Positions 35,892 through 50,920 are shown, counted from the first letter of the stretch. The stretch is 64,000 nucleotides of DNA from Octopus vulgaris (GCA_951406725.2 OX597815.1:11222001-11286000), one strand, 5' to 3'. Made by a program: numbers and translations. The notes: generated from the letters alone by a model not told the origin.

Positions 35892-36528
35892 GTCTGTCAG
35901 TAAATATCTATCTGTCTCTCTGTCTGTCTTGCTCGTTAAAAGGAGAGCCGGGCATGTCGTGGTTGATGATGCGCAGACACACGTTAAGACTGCAGCATCA
36001 CCGGCTCTACGTAGACGTCGGTGAACAGGCGTGGTCGCCGTTTGTGAGGCGCGATTTCCCGCACCTCGTCTCCATGATTGAACTGCAGCCGTGGATCAAA
36101 AAGAAGGAAGGGCGAATGGCACCGCGAGTGTCGCGTTGCTCTCAAGCAACTCTGCTTCTACCCTTACCTTGGAAGTCTTCTACCCTTACCTTGGAAGCAC
36201 TACTTCCTCTGTTTTCACCTTCACACTCGTCAGCCTCCTCGTCTCCTCTACTGTCCTAAATTGGACGACCATCGTCCCATATCTCCTTACCACACAGCTA
36301 CGCATGCGCCTTTTTCTTAAAGTAAATTGATTACTTTTGCTTAATAGATATATGAGAGGGATATCAGTTGTTTATTGAAAACGTCAGAATTTTAAAATAC
36401 TGTTCATAAGTTTGATTGCTTGGATCTGAGGGTTGGACAGAGCATGCTTGGGAGTGGCCATTTAAGAGTTTGACCAATTGTTTATTGTTTTGAATATATT
36501 GTACATGTATGTGTATCAGTATGTGTGT

Positions 36529-36570
<42 letters not shown>

Positions 36571-37416
36571 GCGTGCGCACGCATGTGGTGAGCATTTAAA
36601 GTGTGTATTTTAGGAACGCTGTCTAAAAGGGCCAACTATTTATTGATTCCAGTGTACGTGAAGAAATATCAGCAGTTTATTTAAGAATGAGACAAAGACC
36701 TAAAGATTTCTGCTTGGTTGTTTTGATGTGAAACTAATTCAGAGATACCTAGCTGTTTATTGATGATATCATTTTATTCTTGGTTTAATCAGAGAAATCA
36801 TTAAATGGTTGACTGTTTTTTTTCGTCCAAAATATGCGAAATTTTTTCTTCATTTGCAGTACTTCTCCAACTTCTGACTGCTTTGTTCTTTTATCAACGT
36901 ATAAAATCTGTAAACCTCTACCCACACACATACACAAACACCTCCCCGCACACATATATACAAATATATTTCCCTATAACATACAAAATATAAAAAAACA
37001 GCTCTTAAGGAACTGTGTTTTCTTTTCTTAGTATTCAGTATTTCTTTGCTCTATATCGATTACATTGACATAGGACACTGGGGTCAATGTAATCGACTTA
37101 CCGTCTCCTCCTAACTTGTTGGATATTCACACACACACACAGATCTATATGCTTACACACACATATTTACATGCCTTCATTTATAATTCTCTACATAATA
37201 ATAGCACAGATGTTTTGCTCAAAGAACCATGAGGTTAATAGATTAGAAAAGAACTCATAGCACACGATTGGATAAGCTCTTTAATCTTGTGTTTTTCTGA
37301 CTTTGATGTCAGCATTGCAGCTGTTTATCAAACTACCACAATAGCTGAAATCCTCTACCGGATTCACCGTTGATTCGTTTATTGCTCCAAGTTTTGGTTG
37401 AGGGACATATATACAT

Positions 37417-37559
37417 ATTTTTTTATTACCCACAAGGGGCTAAACATAGAGTAGACAAACAAGGACAGACAAAGGGATTAAGTCGATTACATCGACCCCA
37501 GTGCGTAACTGGTACTTAATTTATCCACCCCGAAAGGATGAAAGGCAAAGTCGACCTCA
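37417..37559 (-). mobile_element. Family B SINE, 5'-truncated
   Basis: Consensus match. GACATATATAC repeated on both sides as a TSD. Confidence 0.8.
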
Positions 37560-37589
37560 GACATATATACCTTTCCTTTAATATTTGTG

Positions 37590-37860
37590 GGTGGGATGAA
37601 TATTATTTGCTGATGTCTCTAAACTATGCAGCAAGTTTCGCGCTTGCTCTATTTCACTGGAAATGAATGCTATATCATCAGCGAAGTCAATGTTGGTTAG
37701 GTAGAACTCTGCATGATCTGCGCTAGTCTCTGATAAATCCCAATTTTGCTAGATTGTTTCTTGCGCAGGATAATGGGGCTAGAGTGTCTCCTTACAAAAT
37801 TTTTGCTTGCCCATCTGAAGACAGCACTCGAGCTCTTGTATGTTCGTAAGTCTAAGGGTT
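37590..37860 (-). mobile_element. Non-LTR reverse transcriptase fragment (RTE/RTEX-like)
   Basis: YLTNIDFADDIAFISSEIEQARNLL on the minus strand, including the FADD catalytic motif. Confidence 0.7.
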
Positions 37861-38074
37861 AGTATTGTAAAAACTCGCAACCATTAACCCGACCCGTAGG
37901 TTGTTGCAGCACCTTGAAAAGTTCGAAAAGCTTTTGAAATCCACTAATCAGAAGGTACAGACGAACACGGTTTGTGGTTGCAAACCAACAAAACCAAACT
38001 ACAGAAATGTTATGATACCGTAGAAGCAGAAAATCTGGGGTAACACGCAAGCCTGTCATGGGGGGAACGAACAT

Positions 38075-38640
38075 CAGACGCCTTTCAAAAGAAACTAACA
38101 AGATCAGAGAACTACGTCTTCGCGTCTCAGGTCATTGCATGCAGCTGCAAGAAGAAGAAGGAGAAGGAGGAGCAGAGAAGAAGGAGGAGAGCAGAAGAGG
38201 AGGAGGAGAGAAGAAGGAGGAGGAGCAGAAGGAGGAGAGAAGAAGAAGAAAGAGAAGAATAAGGAGGAGGAGGGAAGGAGAAGAAGAAGGAGACGAAGAA
38301 GAAGAAGAGGAGGAGGAGGAGGAGGAAGAAGAAGGAGGAGGGGAGAAGGAGAAGAAGAAGAAGAAGGAGACGAAGGAGAAGAAGAAGGAGAAGAAGGAGG
38401 GGAGAAGAAGAAGGAGGAGAAGAAGAAGAAGAAGAAGAAGAAGAAGAAGAAGAAGAAGAAGAAGAAGAAGAAGAAGAAGAATTAAGACTTTTGTTCTGAA
38501 ATGCAAAAAAAAAGGTACTGGCAAGCGCCGGAGACGTCATTTCACATTCATCGACAACTTGAAGCGGGACACAGGATTAGATTTTTTTTTTTACATAAAC
38601 TAAGAGTGGTGATGATTATGGATCAAGATGTTTGGCAAAA
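38075..38640 (+). mobile_element. RTE-like LINE C-terminal fragment split by a (GAA/GGA)n expansion (38148-38480)
   Basis: KIRELRLRVSGHC precedes the tract, and GKRRRRHFTFIDNLKRDTGL follows it. Confidence 0.6.
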
Positions 38641-39152
38641 TGAGTTTGTGTTCGAGCACCAGGTGGAATCACAATCAAAGGAAATATAACTTGAAGTATA
38701 TCGAATCTTCTTTGTCTGTGATTTGTTTTCGGAGAATGTTGAATGCAAGACGAAAAGTTGTGGTTAAAGTGGTATGTCATAGTGTTTTAATGTGCTATAA
38801 TCTCGATTTTGGTCGAAAATTTAAAACCTGGAACCCATCCTTGGTGATCTTTAAAATTTATGCCAGAATAATTTGGACAATACTGTCAGAATTTTGCACA
38901 TTTGACAAAGACTGAAACAATCTGGTGGACTCTGGAATGAATGAAGTATGAGATCTCTGATGGGATTTCTGTAATCATTGCCTGTCATTGCATGACAGGC
39001 AATTTGATTTTTCTATAATAATTGCCAGGATTATTAACGGTAAAAGAAGCAATGTAGAGAAAACTGCAACGATATAGACTTTATGGTTAATGACAAATTG
39101 CACACACACGCATACATCTATGCAATATATATATATATATATAAATGTATGT

Positions 39153-39236
<84 letters not shown>

Positions 39237-39239
<3 letters not shown>

Positions 39240-39366
39240 GGTGTCCCCAAAAAAATGTATACACACCTTAAATAATTGTAAATTTGTTATTCTTTGTAAG
39301 CCTAGTATTATTCTATCGTTCACTTTTGCCGAACCACTATGTGTATACATTTTGGGGGAAACCCTG
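39237..39366. mobile_element. Tc1/mariner-type MITE
   Basis: TA|CAGGGTGTCCCCAAAAAAATGTATACACA ... TGTGTATACATTTTGGGGGAAACCCTG|TA. Confidence 0.8.
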
Positions 39367-39381
39367 TATATATATATATAT

Positions 39382-39534
39382 AGGGACAGTTTACGAAAAA
39401 TACCAAAAGACGAAGACAGGTGGTGTACAAAACAAACATATGTATTAATATAACGATCAGGAATAGAAAAAGTTTTTTTACATTTCGAGCCTACGCTCTT
39501 CTACAGAAAGGGACACAGAAAAAACAAGGATAGA

Positions 39535-39539
<5 letters not shown>
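39382..39539 (-). mobile_element. Family P4 element with A6U-variant HHR (39476-39510)
   Basis: Minus strand reads CUUU-CUGUAGA-A-GAGC-guag-GCUC-GAAA-UGUA-AAA. TA-flanked. Confidence 0.7.
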
Positions 39540-39603
<64 letters not shown>

Positions 39604-39982
39604 TACGCACGTATACTCAGTTATGTGAATGATACTCTTCGCGGAGGTACGAGTATATAGAATTAAAAGAATGATTAAAAAGTTTAAGAATTTGGTGTAA
39701 AGTTTCTCATTTAGTTCAATAAGTAATTCCACCCGGAAATTGTATATAAATCACGTATTCAGCAGACAAGTAACCGAGAATATGCGCCGCGGCATACACC
39801 GTCGGACATTAATTGTAAATGTGACGTAATGGAACAGAGCGTAAGACTAATGGCCTTCCTGTATATGATCAGTCAAGATTCTACAAGCTTTAAATTATGA
39901 AGCGATATCAACAACAATGTCGTAGAAGTGACATATATATTTAGCATTATATATATATATATATATATGGTTTTATATAGTA

Positions 39983-40230
39983 CTAGCAGTATCGCCTGGC
40001 GTTGCTCGGGTTTGTTTCGATTCTTTAGCATTGACATTTTTGAAAAGTAAAAATTTTGCATTATGTAGCTGGTTATTCTCTTTAAGTGAACATTTTTCTG
40101 GTTGAAATACACCGAAAAATGGTGACACAGCAGTAAAAAAAATCGTTAAAAAATAGGGATTTTCATAGAAAAAAAGCAACTTTTTCATGTAAATAATTTT
40201 TGGTTTTAACATGGTCCGATTTGAAATTTT
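39983..40230 (-). mobile_element. Helitron-like 3' end fragment
   Basis: CTAG terminus and subterminal hairpin, nearly identical to 62157-62190. Confidence 0.65.
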
Positions 40231-40295
40231 TACATATTTTTACACACATACACACACACATATATATATATAAATATATATTTACGCACACACAT

Positions 40296-40334
<39 letters not shown>

Positions 40335-40909
40335 AATTCAAACTACAATGAAAGTAAACAAAGAATAACACTAACAGAAAAGCAGGAACAGGTTAAAATA
40401 TGCATATTTTTCAGAAAAATTTGACTCAAACACACATATCTGTTACCGTTCATAGTACTTTACCATTAAGCTAAACTGCCCACTGAAAAATTAATCTGCG
40501 AGTTTTGAACTTATAAATCTAGCTTACAAGACGCTGATTTTAAATTCAAACTATGATGAAATTGAATAGAGAAAGTTTGCATTATTCTGCTTTTGAGAAT
40601 AAATTATTTCCTTATCTGTACATCTCAATACATCTCAACGCTTCTAAAGCAAACACTATGTTTACTTTCATCGTGGTTTGAATTTAACATCAGCGTCTTA
40701 TAAGCTACATTTGTAAGTTCAAAAACTGCAGATTAATTTGTTGGTGGGTAGTTTAGCTTAATGGTAAATCACTATAATCGGTAATCACAGGGATATGAGT
40801 TCGAGTGTCATGGCTGGCCGCTGACAAATGTTTCTACAAAATATGGATATTTTATCCTGTTCCCACTATTCTGTTTGCATTATTCTGCGTTTGAGAATAA
40901 ATGTCTTTA

Positions 40910-40911
<2 letters not shown>
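40335..40911. mobile_element. TA-flanked composite element with diverged inverted arms (~40425-40560 / ~40665-40805) containing a tRNA-like head
   Basis: GGGTAGTTTAGCTTAATGGTAAA...GAGTTCGAGT at 40746-40806 and its inverted copy. Direct repeat GTTTGCATTATTCTGC-TTTGAGAATAAAT at 40575 and 40873. Confidence 0.6.
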
Positions 40912-40974
<63 letters not shown>

Positions 40975-41929
40975 AAAGGACGCTTGTTTTCCAAAATAGA
41001 TGCAAACACCTTTCTTCATGTGATCGGCTTGAAAGATTGTTAAGGAACTAAGATATTTTCCTACTTTCCCTGGCATGAAACCAATGGTAGCCTTAATTCA
41101 GAAAAAAAGCAATTATATCCACCAATGCTGTGTTGAACACTCATTGCCATCGATCGACATTTATGTATACACGCACGCATACACACACACGTGTGTGTGT
41201 ATGAATTGCATGCATTCTTGTAAGTATGCATGTTATATATATGTACGCACATCTGTGTGTTTGTATCTGTGTGCGTGCGTTTTTTTTCTGTCTATAAATT
41301 TTAACATGTGACTGTTTGCATGTATTCAACCCTAGAACCTCATATAGAGAGGCAGGTGGATTTTGTTTTTTTTTATAAATATTCTCTGTACCTCTAATCG
41401 ACTGCATCTGGAGAATGCTGTTGCACCGTTATAGTTTGGAGAACCACAGCAATTCTAAATGTTATGCACACACGTTGTTACGTAGTCCAGAGAACGTTTA
41501 CTAGCAGATACAAAATATATCAGAAGTTCATAATTTATATATAATAGTCTTAGTTTCTCATTAGTTCTCTATAGAAGTTCTCCTTTATCTCAACTTTTGA
41601 GGAGACATTCACAACCGCCGTTTAATTAATCTTTACAACAAGGCATGGATTTTGCTCCCTATATCGTACATTAATATCCAGCTTGTGATTATACCTACTC
41701 TCTGTTTCTATTGGAAAGTGCAACCAATATTCTTGATTTTTAAAGGCGTAAGTACTTATTGGTTCTGGTGTGCTTTTATATGGCTGTTCAGACACACCTT
41801 CCTACATTTAGCATCGTGGGTGGTTTTAGCAACAATGTCAAGTTTCACAGGACTATAGTATTTTGTGGATGCTTTTATACAGCTGATGACAGAGATGATA
41901 TGTGTGTGTATATATATATATATATATCA

Positions 41930-42197
41930 CGTGACCGACCAGACCACCAGATGTTGTTACACATCGCTGGTCACAATGCGTTAGCATTGTTGTAGCCTTC
42001 GAATGACGCCACTGCGCTGGCTAAGCGAGCGGGCCAACAGAAGAAAGAGTGGTGAAAGAGTACAGCAGGGAGCATCACCCCCTGCCGGAGCCTCGTGTTT
42101 TCGCTCAATAAACACTCACAACGCCCGGTCTGGGAATCGAAACTGCGATCCTACGACCACGAGTCCTCTGCCCCAACCACTGGGTCATTGCGCCTCC

Positions 42198-42198
<1 letters not shown>
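41930..42198 (-). mobile_element. Family C SINE, tail type 4
   Basis: Same head as the other family C copies. Tail shared with 50612-50920. Confidence 0.8.
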
Positions 42199-42251
<53 letters not shown>

Positions 42252-43254
42252 TGGTCATGTATGTTTGCATGCATACATTAGTGTGTATGTGTGTGTGCAT
42301 GCAGAACTGTATGCATATAAGTGTATATGTTGTCACTTATATATTATTACAAGAAAATCTCACTAATGGAGATAACACTAGTTTCCAGTACAGAAAGAAG
42401 GTCACTTCAGTGGGATGTAAATTTAGGGGTAATGTATGTATATACACATACATGAACACAGTAGTTATGTTGGAACGTATGTAGCTACACAGCTGTGCAA
42501 GAACATGATATATACGTTACTGCAAACCCGTGTATGTCTACACGTATACATTTACTGCATTGGGGAATGTGTGTGCTTTGACTTATATACGCGTACATAT
42601 ACCTATTACATACAGGTTAAACTTTTGAAATATTTTACGTTTAACACTTCCATTAATGGTCTGTAATTCAATTTATAAATTCGCAGTGTCCTTTCTACTT
42701 CTGTGCATCTCAGCTTCTCAAGATAAGTGCTGAGACATAATCAGCATAATCAGTTACATAATCAACTGCTCCAATAATCACAAGTATAAATCTATATGTA
42801 GTGTGAGCAGATTTCTCATTAATTCGGTATAGATGTTTTCTTTTTCAATTATTCTCAACATAATATCAACGTCTGCTGAGCAGTAACTTTCTGCTACTCT
42901 GCACAATTTCTTTCTCTGACTCACATCATTATGTCTGGCTTGTATTTATATTTTACATCAGTTCGGAGAGGAATAATTTGTAAATATACTTTCGTATCAC
43001 CAGTAGACTTGCATTTTGAATCATTATAACTACTTGTATTTTTATCGTTTAAACCTTGAACAGAGGCATAATCGATCTGATGGGATACTATCAAGCTATA
43101 CCCAGTTTCAATTCTAAAGCTTGGATGAATGAAATTAAGTTAAAACACACTTGTCCAAGGTGTCACACAATTAGGATCAAACTTGTGACCACGTTTTGCT
43201 AAAAAAATTCTTAACCAGTTGGCCTTTTGGTATATGTATGTGTGTATGTGTATC

Positions 43255-43457
43255 GCCATGATAGATCGTTAGCGACTACATACATTTTTTTCTCTCCTAG
43301 TTTTTTTCTCTCCTTGTTTTTTTCTGTGTCCCTTTCTGTAGAAGAGCGTAGGCTCGAAACATAAAATACTTTTTCTATTACTGAGCGTTATACTAATACA
43401 TCTGTTTGTTTTGTACACCACCTGTCTTCGTCTTCTGTTTTTTTCGTAAACTCTCCC
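43255..43457 (+). mobile_element. Family P4 element with A6U-variant HHR (43333-43366)
   Basis: UUU-CUGUAGA(43336-42)-A-GAGC-guag-GCUC-GAAA(43356-59)-CAUA-AAA. The 3' end abuts a TA run. Confidence 0.72.
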
Positions 43458-43472
43458 TATATATATATATAT

Positions 43473-43584
<112 letters not shown>

Positions 43585-43609
43585 GTGTGTGTGTGTATGT
43601 GTGTGTGTG

Positions 43610-43692
<83 letters not shown>

Positions 43693-44356
43693 CTTTTATC
43701 TTTTACTCGTTTCAATCATTCGAATGCAACCATGCTGCGATACTGCCTTGAAGAATTTTATTCGAACGAATCGACTAAAGTACTTATGTTTGTAAAGCCT
43801 GGTACTTAGACCATTGGCTCATTTTGATGAACCGCTAAGTTACGAGGTCTTAAACATAACAACACCGGTTGTCAAGAAGCCGTGGGAAACAAACAATCGC
43901 ACACGCGCACACACACATTCATTATTCCCAAACAAAAATATTATTAAAAGTGACTTCGAAGCTTCATGCAGATAACTCTCTGTCAAACACCTCGACAGTC
44001 CGAGAATGGCTCAACTATCCGAAATTTCGAAGTCACTGTCTATAATATTCATGCATAAAAATAATAAATGTGTACTCTATAATGTAACCACATAGATAAA
44101 TGAATTGTATAAAACCTGTGGGTGTGTTATTACTAGTATAATGTCACTCCAGGCATACAACAAAATCTGTTTCAACACACGAATTCACATAAAAAATCTT
44201 GCAGAACTAAAACTTATAACCTGTTTATAAGAACCCCATGTAAATTTCTGTTGGTTTATTGTATTTTATACCTTTCTATGTCCAGCTTTGAGTGTTTCAC
44301 AGAGTCTATTTAGAACAGAATACAAAACGTGAGAAGAAACTCTCATGCATCATTTT

Positions 44357-44491
44357 GTGGTTGTGTGGTAAAAAGCTTGCTTCTTAATTACATGGTTCCG
44401 GGTTCAGTCCCACTGCATGACACATTTGGCTTGTGACTTCTACTATAGATAGCCTCGGGTCTTCGGCCCACCAAAGCCTTGTGAGTAGATT

Positions 44492-44525
<34 letters not shown>

Positions 44526-44570
44526 CGGCGGTGCATCAGCATGGCCGCAGCTCTGAGCTGAAACTAGAAA
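44357..44570 (+). mobile_element. Family A SINE, internally deleted
   Basis: Head GTGGTTGTGTGGTAAAAAGCTTG...GGTTCAGTCCCACTG. Tail GGCGGTGCATCAGCATGGCCGCAG. Confidence 0.7.
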
Positions 44571-44876
44571 AAAAAAAATATATATATATATCTAATGATG
44601 ATAAAATTTCTTTCGAAAAAAATATTTTTTCGAAAAAAATTTTATCAATGGCAACATATTAAAAAATACCTTAAACGGTTAAATTTATAAACAATTCATA
44701 AATGAGGGCAAAGGAAAAAATTTCTAATGCCAAATATGCCGAAAAATTGGACATATTGTCCATTAACCATATAATTCTTTCACAATACGCACGCTACTCG
44801 AAAAAAGGTCGACGGACATTTCTAAAAAATTCCATTATTACCATATCGGACCGATTTCTGAGTTAGCTACTAAGAG

Positions 44877-44936
<60 letters not shown>

Positions 44937-44938
<2 letters not shown>

Positions 44939-45096
44939 ATGCTCGAAATGAGGAGTAGGTGGATAGCCGACATTTGATGAAGGGTCGTTCTTTATATTAC
45001 TTGTCCTGATTTCCATTTGTTCCACTCGTTGTTTGCGTATTCAACTCATTTGTTTTCGTATTTCACTTTGTTTACAGTTTGTGACGTCCTGTCTCT
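44937..45096 (+). mobile_element. Degenerate truncated family P1-like element
   Basis: TC-GAAA(44945-48)-25 nt-TTGATGA-AGGG, the same order and spacing as 14573-14635. TA-flanked. Confidence 0.5.
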
Positions 45097-45115
45097 ATAT
45101 ATGCATATATATATG

Positions 45116-46627
<1,512 letters not shown>

Positions 46628-46692
46628 TATATATATATTGCATATATATACACATGTGTATATTTGTATATATGTATGTTTGTGAGTAAGGA

Positions 46693-46769
<77 letters not shown>

Positions 46770-47513
46770 TTATATATATGCATATATATATACAAATATA
46801 CACACACACACACATACACACACATATATATATATATACACATACATGTACACTCATAAATATATATCATTTATTTATAATGGAATTTCACTTTGCTGTC
46901 TCGTATTCCTGACGTGAAAATAAATCTAAGTTATTTTGCATCAAATAAAAATAAAAATAGTAAACAAAGTCAAAAAAAATTACAAATGCAATTATATCAC
47001 GCACGTACTACACACTCATACCATACCCGAATATACCAAAAAAAAAAAAATAAATAAAAATAAATGAAATTATAAAAATATAAAATATAATGTAGACATT
47101 TCCCAAAAAAATGTTGTAAGCAGAATATTTTGTAATTTTCTCAAGAGGTTGGATATTATTTTAATACTGAAATACAGAAATGCTAAGATGTCTTGATACG
47201 ACCTCATTTGCATATTTTTCAGGCTTCATGTCAAAGGTCATTATTAATATCGATGTTATAGCTGCACAAATTTCACTTATTCTTAGTCTATTTGTTTTAT
47301 GGGATACAGTTTTGTCTATATAATAAATGTTTAAATTTTCTTTTATCGATTTTCCTGTCGATATTTTCCGAGAAAAATGAGCATGGTTGCTAGCGCGTGT
47401 CGTTCGAGTATTCGTATACACATACATATACCTTTTCACATATAGACTCAAACATACGCATACTCATGAATACACACATGCACACATGCAAACACACACT
47501 CTCTCTCTCTTCA

Positions 47514-47545
<32 letters not shown>

Positions 47546-48380
47546 AGCTTTTCTCTTCTTCTGTATTTCTTTATTTTTCCTCCTTCCCATTTTTCTTCCC
47601 ACCCATTTTCTCATTCTTGTACACACATTCTTGAAATCAAGAAAAAAAAAACGAAGACATTTCTACCCTCTAACAAGACCTAGAAACCATATATACAACT
47701 AGCAACAACAAAAAAAATTAATAAACAAATAAAAATAGAGGAATGTTCTGCTACGCTACACATTCTCATGCTCACCGTTACGGACAGAAAACCAAAACGG
47801 AATGTTTCATCTTACCATAAACAAATAAAGAATTAAGAACAAAAACACCGAACTTGTTCGTGACCTCTGCGTAGTCTATGTCTGCAGGATACATCTTTCT
47901 CTATACACATCAACAGATTATAAACTTCGTCCCAAGAGCTAGTGTTTGTCTAGGTTCTGAAATATTTCAAAACGCGATTGTATCAATGCTGATGTTAATC
48001 TTCTAGAAATCATGTTTCTGAAGTATTTCATCCGATATATTACGAGTTATTATTTACAACTTCATTTATATTTGAGCAACTTCTTAAAAGAGGTCTTTTC
48101 AATTTTTTTCAATGCTTCAAACAAACCAAATATAATACAGTCAGGGTGTAGCTTGAAGAGCCTCAAATTTAAACGGTTGAATATTGTCAGGAATTCTTTG
48201 ATGTAGCAGTTATCGCAGGTGTCGAGCAACCGACAGAAAAAGGAGTTTAATTCCCGCAGGTGATTCTGTTACTACCTTTTCGTTTAAGGAGTACTTTACT
48301 GGATATATTACACACTTCTAGAACGAGTTACGCACACACATACACATATACATCTGTGTGTGTGTTTGTGTGTGTATATA

Positions 48381-48611
48381 AGGCGGCGAGCTGGCAGAAA
48401 CGTTAGCGCGCCGGGCGAAATGCTTAGCGGTATTTCGTCTGTCGTTACGTTGTGAGTTCAAATTTCGCCGAGGTCGACTTTGCCTTTCATCCTTTCGGGG
48501 TCGATAATTTAAGTACCAGTTACGCACTGGGGTCGATGTAATCGACTTAATCCCTTTGTCTGTCCCTGTTTGTCCCCTCTATGTTTAGCCCCTTGTGGGT
48601 AGTAAAGAAAT
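48381..48611 (+). mobile_element. Family B SINE, full length
   Basis: Consensus match. Confidence 0.88.
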
Positions 48612-48621
48612 ATATATAAAT

Positions 48622-48955
48622 GAAGACGCATGGCTCACTGGTTAGAACGTTGGGCTCACAAGCCTAAATTAGTGAGTTCGATTCCCGGACCGGGCTGTGT
48701 GTTGTGTTCTGGAGTAAGACACTTTATCTCATGTTGCTCCAGTTCACACAGCTGTAGAAATGAATTGCGACGTGACTGGTGCCAAGCTGTATCGGCCTTT
48801 GCTTTCCCTTTAGATAACATCGGTGGTGTGGAGAGAGGAGACTGGTATGTATGGGCGACTACCGGTTTTCTATAGGCAACCTTGCTCGGACTTGTGCATC
48901 GGAAGGAAACTTTAAATGCAATCCCATGGTTGTTCATGACCGAAAGGGGTCTTTA

Positions 48956-48957
<2 letters not shown>
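48622..48957 (+). mobile_element. tRNA-derived SINE, family D
   Basis: A box TGGCTCACTGG and B box GAGTTCGATTCC. A related tail lies on the minus strand at 54425-54585. Confidence 0.7.
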
Positions 48958-49031
<74 letters not shown>

Positions 49032-49034
<3 letters not shown>

Positions 49035-49383
49035 CATGGGCTCCTTAGTAGCTAGTTTTTGTGCATTTTGATGTCGACATAAGTTCCTTGTCTTCCCTGA
49101 TGAGAAATCTGCATAATGTACTCCTTATTCCTTCGAAATTAGGAATATGCAGCCTTCGAAACATATGTCGAAAATAAAGGAAATTTGTTAACAAGTCGTT
49201 CAACTCAAATTCTTTCATAAACTTATATTTTTAAAATAAACATACAAATTTCCGCACGAAAGCACGTAGTCTATGCCCTAGCGACGTAATTTCAACCGTG
49301 TTCTTTCTGATGTGAATTTGCTACCCAGGTATCGGTTATCTTTCGAATTATCCTTAATAAGATAATTCATTCAACTACTCAAA
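49032..49383 (+). mobile_element. Family P3-related element with HHR, TA-flanked
   Basis: CCATGGGCTC-TTAG and the tail CCGCAC..GCACG...AACCGTG...GGTATCGGTTA are shared with 20275-20657. Confidence 0.72.
49093..49173 (+). ncRNA. Type I hammerhead ribozyme (one stem I mismatch)
   Basis: UUCC-CUGAUGA(49097-103)-GAA..CUGCAUA/UAUGCAG..UUC-GAAA(49158-61)-CAUAUG-UC. Palindromic ACAUAUGU stem III and a GUC site. Confidence 0.72.
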
Positions 49384-50572
49384 TATATATATATATATAT
49401 ATATATGTACATAAGCAAAAATGCTTGTTCTAAAATTTCCCTAAAAGATCAACACAGTAGCTGTACTAACAAGTAACGTTTGTAGCCACTTCAAAATATC
49501 TGTCCGTTCGAACGAACTTTACTGCGATTTTTTTAACTCCAAGAGGACATCTCCATTATCTAGTTAATGATGCACAGCTGAGTCCGAGATACCAGCTGTA
49601 TTACATCCGAGAATATGGCAGACATTATTTCCTCGAAGAGCAGTCCAGTGTAATCGAACAGGGCACCACGATGTTATAACATGAACAACTTAACCACAAT
49701 ATATATATTCTAGGATAAGGCACACTGCAGTAGTCCTTTGTCGTAAATGATTGTTGAATGCTGTTTAATATGACCCTTTAGGTTAGAGTAATAAAGTTTA
49801 CAACTTAAATGTTTGCAGAAACTAAAGTAAATAGCATTTGTCATCCGGAATTTGCTTAGTAATTTGTAGGGTTGCAGTTTATAGTCGATGAAGAGGCTTT
49901 TAGTTTTAATGTTTTGTAATTTATTATTAGTGTTAGGTCACGAATGAGTGAATAATTCGTGTTGTCTTCTACCCTATGAGGTTTCCAACAACATATTAAA
50001 CTATTCTATAGCCAAAATGCATTTCATTTGGTTGATGTACTTCGCTGTATAGATAGTTTGCTTCATTTTATTGGTTGTATCATTTGTTATATTGTATTGA
50101 CTTTGATTCTGTGTTCTCCTCTAGTTTGGCCTTCTAACATATTTGCATATCCGTTCTTGTTTGTTTTGTTCTATAGATATTTGTATGCTTTATTAGTGGA
50201 GAAAAATCTAGAACGACTTAACCAATGTATATGAGTGGCGATGTGAGAGTTGTCATATTTGAAAGTTATGAGCAACAGAAAATATTCTCTTAGTGGCGTG
50301 AAATTTATTAAAGATATAGAGGTGAATGGGACTTTAAGGTTTCGCTTGTATTAATGTATTTAATGAAGATGATTTGTTGAATAAATCATTAGAATCTGTT
50401 GGTCGAATATTTCGCTACAAGTGAAACTTGAAACCTTTACAAACCCAGTATGCTTATTATATGTAATACATAATATAAAATATAAAAATATAATACATAA
50501 TATTAAAATATAATACATAATATAAAATATGAAAATATGTGAATATTAAAAATATACATGAAACACACCCAT

Positions 50573-50609
<37 letters not shown>

Positions 50610-50611
50610 TC

Positions 50612-50920
50612 CCCGTGATCATCGTGACCGACCAGGCTATCAGATGTTGCTACATATCGCTGGTCACAATGCGCTTCATATTATTTTAGCCTTCAAATGA
50701 CGCCACCCCGCTGGCTAAGCGAGCCGGCCAACAGAAGAAAGAGTGAGACAAATTTGTGGCGAAAGAGTAAAGCAGGGATCGCCACCAACCCCTGCCGGAG
50801 AATCGTGGAGCTTTAGGTGTTTTCGTTCAATAAACACTCAGAACGCTCGGTCTGGGAATCAAAGCCGCGATCCTACGACCGCGAGTCCGCTGCCCTAAGC
50901 ACTGGGCCTTTGCGCCTCCA
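50612..50920 (-). mobile_element. Family C SINE, tail type 4
   Basis: Homology to 41930-42198. Confidence 0.82.

Noticed and set aside
38058-38603. 181-aa Glu/Arg/Lys-rich ORF
   Set aside because: It is a (GAA/GGA)n expansion inside a decayed RTE fragment.
44593-44880. TA-flanked insert with GAAATCGGTC on the minus strand near 44850 as an HHR half
   Set aside because: It is truncated by the TA run before any CUGANGA core. It may be a PLE remnant, but a ribozyme cannot be supported.
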